DNA from: the human T2T-CHM13v2.0 reference genome, Homo sapiens
Reading direction: 5' to 3' (one strand)
Length of the DNA stretch: 64,000 bases
NCBI RefSeq assembly: GCF_009914755.1
Contig: NC_060939.1
Of this stretch, positions 1 through 10,800 are shown piece by piece; the first letter of the stretch is position 1; the number at the start of each line of letters is the position of its first letter. The notes beneath the pieces were generated by a model, which saw only the letters and a program-made list of their open reading frames with translations, was not told the origin of the DNA and ran no database searches. Made by a program: the position numbers and the translations under genes.

Positions 1-49
1 ATTCCATTTCATTCCATTCCATTCCATTTCATTCCATTCCATTCCATTC

Positions 50-1843
50 GTGTCCATTCCACTCCAGTCCATTCCATTCGTGTCCATTCCATTCCAGTCC
101 ATTCCATTTGTGTCCACTGCATTCCATTCCACTCCATTCCATATTATTCCATTACACTCCATTCCATTCTATTACTTTCATTTCCATTCAATTCCATTCC
201 ATTTGATTCCATTCCACTCGGTTTCATTCCATTTGAGTCCACTCCATTCCATTCCATTCCATTCCATTCAGTTCCATTCCATTCTGTTCCATTCCATTCC
301 GTTCCATTACATTCCATTCCATTCGGTACCATTCCATATTGTTCCATTCGATTCCATTCGAATCCATTCCATTCCAGTCCATTCCATTCGATTCCATTCC
401 ATTCATTTCAATTCCATTCCATTCCATTACATTACATTCCACTTGATTCCTCTCCATTCCCTTCCACTGCATTCCGTTCGATTCCATTCCATTGCATTGC
501 ATTCCATTCCATTGGATTGCATTCCATTCGATTCCATTCCATTCGAATCAATTACATAGCAATCCATTACATTCGAGTCTATTCTATTCCGTTCCATTCG
601 ATTTCGTTCCAATCCATTCGATTCCATTCCATTCGATTCCATTCCATACTATTGCATTCCATTCGATTACATTATATTCGAATAAGTTCCATTCAAGACC
701 ATTTCTTTTGAGTCCATTCTATTTGAGTCCATTCCCTTTGATTCCATAACATTTGAGTCCATTCAATTCCATTCCTTTCGTTTCCATTCCATTTGATGCC
801 ATTCCATTCAATTCTGTTCTACTCGACTCCAATACATTCAATTCCATTCCATCCGATTCCATTACATTCTTTTCATTTCTTATCCATTTCAAGCCATTCC
901 ACTCCATTCCATTCCACTCATTTCCTTTCCATTCGAGTCCATTCCTCTCCAGTCCATTCCGTTCAATCCATTCCATTCCAGTCCATTCCATTCGAGTCCG
1001 TTCCATTCCAGTCCATTCCATTCGAGTCAATTCCATTCCATTCGATGTCTTTCCATAACGATCCATTCCATTCTATTCCTTTCGATTCCATTCCATTCTA
1101 TTTCATTCCATTCGATTCCCTTCCATTGGACTCCTTTCCATTCGAGTGCATTCCATTCCGTTCCATTTCTTTCCGTTCTGTACGATTCCTACCGTTCGAT
1201 TTCATTTTGTTCCAGTCCATTCCTTTCGCGTCCATTCCATTCCATTTCACTCCATTCGATTCCATTCCACTCGATTCCACTTCGTTCCATTTCATTGCAT
1301 TCCATTCTATTCAACTCTATTGCCTTCCATTCCATTCCATTCGATTACATTCCATGCGATTCCATTCGAAATCGAATCAATTACATTGCAATCCATTACT
1401 ATTGAGTCCGTTTTATTCCAGTCCACTGCATTCTGGTCCATTCCATTTGATTCCATTCCATTCTATTCCATTCCATACAGTTGCATTCCATTGGATTCCA
1501 TGCTATATCTATAAATTCAATTCGAGACCATTGCTTTTGAGTCCATTCTATATGATTCCATTCCATTCAAATCCATTACATTTGGTTCAATTCCATTCCA
1601 TTCCATTCCCTTCCATTCCATTCCATTTGATATCAATCCATTCGATTCCATTCCATTCGAGCACATTCCATTCGTGTCCATTCCATTCGATGCCATTCCA
1701 TTTGATTCTATTCCATTAGTCTCCATTCAATTCCATTAATCTCCATTCCATTCCATTCTACTCCAACTGATTCCATTCCATTCTATTCCTTTCCATTCCA
1801 TTTCATTCCATTCCATTCCATTTCATTCCATTCCATTCCATTC
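50..1843 (+). repeat. Representative 1794-bp monomer (U1)
   Basis: Landmarks: CGTGTCC pair (49-85), GGTACC 325-330, GAATCAATTACATAGCAATCC 545-565, TATTCGAATA 675-684, CTTATCCATTTCAAGCC 879-895, GTACGATTCCTACCG 1180-1194, TTCGCG 1225-1230, GAAATCGAATCAATTACATTGC 1368-1389, TATATCTATAAA 1504-1515, TTGATATCAA 1627-1636, CCAACTGA 1763-1770. They recur in order in every complete unit, apart from occasional SNVs. Confidence 0.95.
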
Positions 1844-4800
1844 GTGTCCATTCCACTCCAGTCCATTCCATTCGTGTCCATTCCATTCCAGTCCATTCCA
1901 TTTGTGTCCACTGCATTCCATTCCACTCCATTCCATATTATTCCATTACACTCCATTCCATTCTATTACTTTCATTTCCATTCAATTCCATTCCATTTGA
2001 TTCCATTCCACTCGGTTTCATTCCATTTGAGTCCACTCCATTCCATTCCATTCCATTCCATTCAGTTCCATTCCATTCTGTTCCATTCCATTCCGTTCCA
2101 TTACATTCCATTCCATTCGGTACCATTCCATATTGTTCCATTCGATTCCATTCGAATCCATTCCATTCCAGTCCATTCCATTCGATTCCATTCCATTCAT
2201 TTCAATTCCATTCCATTCCATTCCATTACATTCCACTTGATTCCTCTCCATTCCCTTCCACTGCATTCCGTTCGATTCCGTTCCATTGCATTGCATTCCA
2301 TTCCATTGGATTGCATTCCATTCGATTCCATTCCATTCGAATCAATTACATAGCAATCCATTACATTCGAGTCTATTCTATTCCGTTCCATTCGATTTCG
2401 TTCCAATCCATTCGATTCCATTCCATTCGATTCCATTCCATACTATTGCATTCCATTCGATTACATTATATTCGAATAAGTTCCATTCAAGACCATTTCT
2501 TTTGAGTCCATTCTATTTGAGTCCATTCCCTTTGATTCCATAACATTTGAGTCCATTCAATTCCATTCCTTTCGTTTCCATTCCATTTGATGCCATTCCA
2601 TTCAATTCTGTTCTACTCGACTCCAATACATTCAATTCCATTCCATCCGATTCCATTACATTCTTTTCATTTCTTATCCATTTCAAGCCATTCCACTCCA
2701 TTCCATTCCACTCGTTTCCTTTCCATTCGAGTCCATTCCTCTCCAGTCCATTCCGTTCAATCCATTCCATTCCAGTCCATTCCATTCGAGTCCGTTCCAT
2801 TCCAGTCCATTCCATTCGAGTCAATTCCATTCCATTCGATGTCTTTCCATAACGATCCATTCCATTCTATTCCTTTCGATTCCATTCCATTCTATTTCAT
2901 TCCATTCGATTCCCTTCCATTGGACTCCTTTCCATTCGAGTGCATTCCATTCCGTTCCATTTATTTCCGTTCTTTACGATTCCTACCGTTCGATTTCATT
3001 TTGTTCCAGTCCATTCCTTTCGCGTCCATTCCATTCCATTTCACTCCATTCGATTCCATTCCACTCGATTCCACTTCGTTCCATTTCATTGCATTCCATT
3101 CTATTCAACTCTATTGCCTTCCATTCCATTCCATTCGATTACATTCCATGCGATTCCATTCGAAATCGAATCAATTACATTGCAATCCATTACTATTGAG
3201 TCCGTTTTATTCCAGTCCACTGCATTCTGGTCCATTCCATTTGATTCCATTCCATTCTATTCCATTCCATACAGTTGCATTCCATTGGATTCCATGCTAT
3301 ATCTATAAATTCAATTCGAGACCATTGCTTTTGAGTCCATTCTATATGATTCCATTCCATTCAAATCCATTACATTTGGTTCAATTCCATTCCATTCCAT
3401 TCCCTTCCATTCCATTCCATTTGATATCAATCCATTCGATTCCATTCCATTCGAGCACATTCCATTCGAGTCCATTCCATTCGATGCCATTCCATTTGAT
3501 TCTATTCCATTAGTCTCCATTCAATTCCATTAATCTCCATTCCATTCCATTCTACTCCAACTGATTCCATTCCATTCTATTCCTTTCCATTCCATTTCAT
3601 TCCATTCCATTCCATTTCATTCCATTCCATTCCATTCGTGTCCATTCCACTCCAGTCCATTCCATTCGTGTCCATTCCATTCCAGTCCATTCCATTTGTG
3701 TCCACTGCATTCCATTCCACTCCATTCCATATTATTCCATTACACTCCATTCCATTCTATCACTTTCATTTCCATTCAATTCCATTCCATTTGATTCCAT
3801 TCCACTCGGTTTCATTCCATTTGAGTCCACTCCGTTCCATTCCATTGCATTCCATTCAGTTCCATTCCATTCTGTTCCATTCCATTCCGTTCCATTACAT
3901 TCCATTCCATTCGGTACCATTCCATATTGTTCCATTCGATTCCATTCGAATCCATTCCATTCCAGTCCATTCCATTCGATTCCATTCCATTCATTTCAAT
4001 TCCATTCCATTCCATTCCATTCCATTCCACTTGATTCCTCTCCATTCCCTTCCACTGCATTCCGTTCGATTCCATTCCATTGCATTGCATTCCATTCCAT
4101 TGGATTGCATTCCATTCGATTCCATTCCATTCGAATCAATTACATAGCAATCCATTACATTCGAGTCTATTCTCTTCCGTTCCATTCGATTTCGTTCCAA
4201 TCCATTCGATTCCATTCCATTCGATTCCATTCCATACTATTGCATTCCATTCGATTACATTATATTCGAATAAGTTCCATTCAAGACCATTTCTTTTGAG
4301 TCCATTCTATTTGAGTCCATTCCCTTTGATTCCATAACATTTGAGTCCATTCAATTCCATTCCTTTCGTTTCCATTCCATTTGATGCCATTCCATTCAAT
4401 TCTGTTCTACTCGACTCCAATACACTCAATTCCATTCCATCCGATTCCATTACATTCTTTTCATTTCTTATCCATTTCAAGCCATTCCACTCCATTCCAT
4501 TCCACTCGTTTCCTTTCCATTCGAGTCCATTCCTCTCCAGTCCATTCCGTTCAATCCATTCCATTCCAGTCCATTCCATTCGAGTCCGTTCCATTCCAGT
4601 CCATTCCATTCGAGTCAATTCCATCCCATTCGATGTCTTTCCATAACGATCCATTCCATTCTATTCCTTTCGATTCCATTCCATTCTATTTCATTCCATT
4701 CGATTCCCTTCCATTGGACTCCTTTCCATTCGAGTGCATTCCATTCCTTTCCATTTCTTTCCGTTCTGTACGATTCCTACCGTTCGATTTCATTTTGTTC

Positions 4801-7800
4801 CAGTCCATTCCTTTCGCGTCCATTCCATTCCATTTCACTCCATTCGATTCCATTCCACTCGATTCCACTTCGTTCCATTTCATTGCATTCCATTCTATTC
4901 AACTCTATTGCCTTCCATTCCATTCCATTCGATTACATTCCATGCGATTCCATTCGAAATCGAATCAATTACATTGCAATCCATTACTATTGAGTCCGTT
5001 TTATTCCAGTCCACTGCATTCTGGTCCATTCCATTTGATTCCATTCCATTCTATTCCATTCCATACAGTTGCATTCCATTGGATTCCATGCTATATCTAT
5101 AAATTCAATTCGAGACCATTGCTTTTGAGTCCATTCTATATGATTCCATTCCATTCAAGTCCATTACATTTGGTTCAATTCCATTCCATTCCATTCCCTT
5201 CCATTCCATTCCATTTGATATCAATCCATTCGATTCCATTCCATTCGAGCACATTCCATTCGAGTCCATTCCATTCGATGCCATTCCATTTGATTCTATT
5301 CCATTAGTCTCCATTCAATTCCATTAATCTCCATTCCATTCCATTCTACTCCAACTGATTCCATTCCATTCTATTCCTTTCCATTCCATTTCATTCCATT
5401 CCATTCCATTTCATTCCATTCCATTCCATTCGTATCCATTCCACTCCAGTCCATTCCATTCGTGTCCATTCCATTCCAGTCCATTCCATTTGTGTCCACT
5501 GCATTCCATTCCACTCCATTCCATATTATTCCATTACACTCCATTCCATTCTATTACTTTCATTTCCATTCAATTCCATTCCATTTGATTCCATTCCACT
5601 CGGTTTCATTCCATTTGAGTCCACTCCATTCCATTCCATTCCATTCCATTCAGTTCCATTCCATTCTGTTCCATTCCATTCCGTTCCATTACATTCCATT
5701 CCATTCGGTACCATTCCATATTGTTCCATTCGATTCCATTCGAATCCATTCCATTCCAGTCCATTCCATTCGATTCCATTCCATTCATTTCAATTCCATT
5801 CCATTCCATTCCATTACATTCCACTTGATTCCTCTCCATTCCCTTCCACTGCATTCCGTTCGATTCCATTCCATTGCATTGCATTCCATTCCATTGGATT
5901 GCATTCCATTCGATTCCATTCCATTCGAATCAATTACATAGCAATCCATTACATTCGAGTCTATTCTCTTCCGTTCCATTCGATTTCGTTCCAATCCATT
6001 CGATTCCATTCCATTCGATTCCATTCCATACTATTGCATTCCATTCGATTACATTATATTCGAATAAGTTCCATTCAAGACCATTTCTTTTGAGTCCATT
6101 CTATTTGAGTCCATTCCCTTTGATTCCATAACATTTGAGTCCATTCAATTCCATTCCTTTCGTTTCCATTCCATTTGATGCCATTCCATTCAATTCTGTT
6201 CTACTCGACTCCAATACATTCAATTCCATTCCATCCGATTCCATTACATTCTTTTCATTTCTTATCCATTTCAAGCCATTCCACTCCATTCCATTCCACT
6301 CGTTTCCTTTCCATTCGAGTCCATTCCTCTCCAGTCCATTCCGTTCAATCCATTCCATTCCAGTCCATTCCATTCGAGTCCGTTCCATTCCAGTCCATTC
6401 CATTCGAGTCAATTCCATCCCATTCGATGTCTTTCCATAACGATCCATTCCATTCTATTCCTTTCGATTCCATTCCATTCTATTTCATTCCATTCGATTC
6501 CCTTCCATTGGACTCCTTTCCATTCGAGTGCATTCCATTCCTTTCCATTTCTTTCCGTTCTGTACGATTCCTACCGTTCGATTTCATTTTGTTCCAGTCC
6601 ATTCCTTTCGCGTCCATTCCATTCCATTTCACTCCATTCGATTCCATTCCACTCGATTCCACTTCGTTCCATTTCATTGCATTCCATTCTATTCAACTCT
6701 ATTGCCTTCCATTCCATTCCATTCGATTACATTCCATGCGATTCCATTCGAAATCGAATCAATTACATTGCAATCCATTACTATTGAGTCCGTTTTATTC
6801 CAGTCCACTGCATTCTGGTCCATTCCATTTGATTCCATTCCATTCTATTCCATTCCATACAGTTGCATTCCATTGGATTCCATGCTATATCTATAAATTC
6901 AATTCGAGACCATTGCTTTTGAGTCCATTCTATATGATTCCATTCCATTCAAGTCCATTACATTTGGTTCAATTCCATTCCATTCCATTCCCTTCCATTC
7001 CATTCCATTTGATATCAATCCATTCGATTCCATTCCATTCGAGCACATTCCATTCGAGTCCATTCCATTCGATGCCATTCCATTTGATTCTATTCCATTA
7101 GTCTCCATTCAATTCCATTAATCTCCATTCCATTCCATTCTACTCCAACTGATTCCATTCCATTCTATTCCTTTCCATTCCATTTCATTCCATTCCATTC
7201 CATTTCATTCCATTCCATTCCATTCGTATCCATTCCATTCCAGTCCATTCCATTCGTGTCCATTCCATTCCAGTCCATTCCATTTGTGTCCACTGCATTC
7301 CATTCCACTCCATTCCATATTATTCCATTACACTCCATTCCATTCTATTACTTTCATTTCCATTCAATTCCATTCCATTTGATTCCATTCCACTCGGTTT
7401 CATTCCATTTGAGTCCACTCCATTCCATTCCATTCCATTCCATTCAGTTCCATTCCATTCTGTTCCATTCCATTCCGTTCCATTACATTCCATTCCATTC
7501 GGTACCATTCCATATTGTTCCATTCGATTCCATTCGAATCCATTCCATTCCAGTCCATTCCATTCGATTCCATTCCATTCATTTCAATTCCATTCCATTC
7601 CATTCCATTACATTCCACTTGATTCCTCTCCATTCCCTTCCACTGCATTCCGTTCGATTCCATTCCATTGCATTGCATTCCATTCCATTGGATTGCATTC
7701 CATTCGATTCCATTCCATTCGAATCAATTACATAGCAATCCATTACATTCGAGTCTATTCTCTTCCGTTCCATTCGATTTCGTTCCAATCCATTCGATTC

Positions 7801-10800
7801 CATTCCATTCGATTCCATTCCATACTATTGCATTCCATTCGATTACATTATATTCGAATAAGTTCCATTCAAGACCATTTCTTTTGAGTCCATTCTATTT
7901 GAGTCCATTCCCTTTGATTCCATAACATTTGAGTCCATTCAATTCCATTCCTTTCGTTTCCATTCCATTTGATGCCATTCCATTCAATTCTGTTCTACTC
8001 GACTCCAATACATTCAATTCCATTCCATCCGATTCCATTACATTCTTTTCATTTCTTATCCATTTCAAGCCATTCCACTCCATTCCATTCCACTCGTTTC
8101 CTTTCCATTCGAGTCCATTCCTCTCCAGTCCATTCCGTTCAATCCATTCCATTCCAGTCCATTCCATTCGAGTCCGTTCCATTCCAGTCCATTCCATTCG
8201 AGTCAATTCCATCCCATTCGATGTCTTTCCATAACGATCCATTCCATTCTATTCCTTTCGATTCCATTCCATTCTATTTCATTCCATTCGATTCCCTTCC
8301 ATTGGACTCCTTTCCATTCGAGTGCATTCCATTCCGTTCCATTTCTTTCCGTTCTGTACGATTCCTACCGTTCGATTTCATTTTGTTCCAGTCCATTCCT
8401 TTCGCGTCCATTCCATTCCATTTCACTCCATTCGATTCCATTCCACTCGATTCCACTTCGTTCCATTTCATTGCATTCCATTCTATTCAACTCTATTGCC
8501 TTCCATTCCATTCCATTCGATTACATTCCATGCGATTCCATTCGAAATCGAATCAATTACATTGCAATCCATTACTATTGAGTCCGTTTTATTCCAGTCC
8601 ACTGCATTCTGGTCCATTCCATTTGATTCCATTCCATTCTATTCCATTCCATACAGTTGCATTCCATTGGATTCCATGCTATATCTATAAATTCAATTCG
8701 AGACCATTGCTTTTGAGTCCATTCTATATGATTCCATTCCATTCAAGTCCATTACATTTGGTTCAATTCCATTCCATTCCATTCCCTTCCATTCCATTCC
8801 ATTTGATATCAATCCATTCGATTCCATTCCATTCGAGCACATTCCATTCGAGTCCATTCCATTCGATGCCATTCCATTTGATTCTATTCCATTAGTCTCC
8901 ATTCAATTCCATTAATCTCCATTCCATTCCATTCTACTCCAACTGATTCCATTCCATTCTATTCCTTTCCATTCCATTTCATTCCATTCCATTCCATTCC
9001 ATTCCATTCAATTCCATTCCATTCCATTCGTGTCCATTCCACTCCAGTCCATTCCATTCGTGTCCATTCCATTCCAGTCCATTCCATTTGTGTCCACTGC
9101 ATTCCATTCCACTCCATTCCATATTATTCCATTACACTCCATTCCATTCTATCACTTTCACTTCCATTCAATTCCATTCCATTTGATTCCATTCCACTCG
9201 GTTTCATTCCATTTGAGTCCACTCCATTCCATTCCATTCCATTCCATTCAGTTCCATTCCATTCTGTTCCATTACATTCCATTCCATTCGGTACCATTCC
9301 ATATTGTTCCATTCGATTCCATTCGAATCCATTCCATTCCAGTCCATTCCATTCGATTCCATTCCATTCATTTCAATTCCATTCCATTCCATTCCATTAC
9401 ATTCCACTTGATTCCTCTCCATTCCCTTCCACTGCATTCCGTTCGATTCCATTCCATTGCATTGCATTCCATTCCATTGGATTGCATTCCATTCGATTCC
9501 ATTCCATTCGAATCAATTACATAGCAATCCATTACATTCGAGTCTATTCTATTCCGTTCCATTCGATTTCGTTCCAATCCATTCGATTCCATTCCATTCG
9601 ATTCCATTCCATACTATTGCATTTCATTCGATTACATTATATTCGAATAAGTTCCATTCAAGACCATTTCTTTTGAGTCCATTCTATTTGAGTCCATTCC
9701 CTTTGATTCCATAACATTTGAGTCCATTCAATTCCATTCCTTTCGTTTCCATTCCATTTGATGCCATTCCATTCAATTCTATTCTACTCGACTCCAATAC
9801 ATTCAATTCCATTCCATCCGATTCCATTACATTCTTTTCATTTCTTATCCATTTCAAGCCATTCCACTCCATTCCATTCCACTCGTTTCCTTTCCATTCG
9901 AGTCCATTCCTCTCCAGTCCATTCCGTTCAATCCATTCCATTCCAGTCCATTCCATTCGAGTCCGTTCCATTCCAGTCCATTCCATTCGAGTCAATTCCA
10001 TCCCATTCGATGTCTTTCCATAGCGATCCATTCCATTCTATTCCTTTCAATTCCATTCCATTCTATTTCATTCCATTCGATTCCCTTCCATTGGACTCCT
10101 TTCCATTCGAGTGCATTCCATTCCGTTCCATTTCTTTCCGTTCTGTACGATTCCTACCGTTCGATTTCATTTTGTTCCAGTCCATCCCTTTCGCGTCCAT
10201 TCCATTCCATTTCACTCCATTCGATTCCATTGCACTCGATTCCACTTCGTTCCATTTCATTGCATTCCATTCTATTCAACTCTATTGCCTTCCATTCCAT
10301 TCCATTCGATTACATTCCATGCGATTCCATTCGAAATCGAATCAATTACATTGCAATCCATTACTATTGAGTCCGTTTTATTCCAGTCCACTGCATTCTG
10401 GTCCATTCCATTTGATTCCATTCCATTCTATTCCATTCCATACAGTTGCATTCCATTGGATTCCATGCTATATCTATAAATTCAATTCGAGACCATTGCT
10501 TTTGAGTCCATTCTATATGATTCCATTCCATTCAAGTCCATTACATTTGGTTCAATTCCATTCCATTCCATTCCATTCCCTTCCATTCCATTCCATTTGA
10601 TATCAATCCATTCGATTCCATTCCATTCGAGCACATTCCATTCGAGTCCATTCCATTCGATGCCATTCCATTTGATTCTATTCCATTAGTCTCCATTCAA
10701 TTCCATTAATCTCCATTCCATTCCATTTTACTCCAACTGATTCCATTCCATTCTATTCCTTTCCATTCCATTTCATTCCATTCCATTCCATTCCATTCCA

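Noticed and set aside
719-1066. Minus-strand MEWNG-repeat ORFs (115, 92, 79, 69, 67, 65 aa)
   Set aside because: These are the translation of (GAATG)n, which supplies an ATG every 5 bp; a well-known spurious satellite 'protein'.
1365-1380. Canonical heat-shock element at TTCGAAATCGAA
   Set aside because: The spacing does not fit alternating inverted nGAAn units (TTCnnGAAnnTTC); the array mainly offers direct nGAAn repeats on the minus strand.
793-1719. 308-aa ORF and the 169, 122, 101, 85 and 64-aa + strand ORFs repeated in every unit (HSIPF-rich)
   Set aside because: (CATTC)n translates to HSIPF repeats in every frame with no stop codon. The ORFs overlap in all frames, mostly start at GTG/TTG, show no domain, and are freely broken by stops and 5-bp indels (e.g. 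U6, U9, U13, U23).
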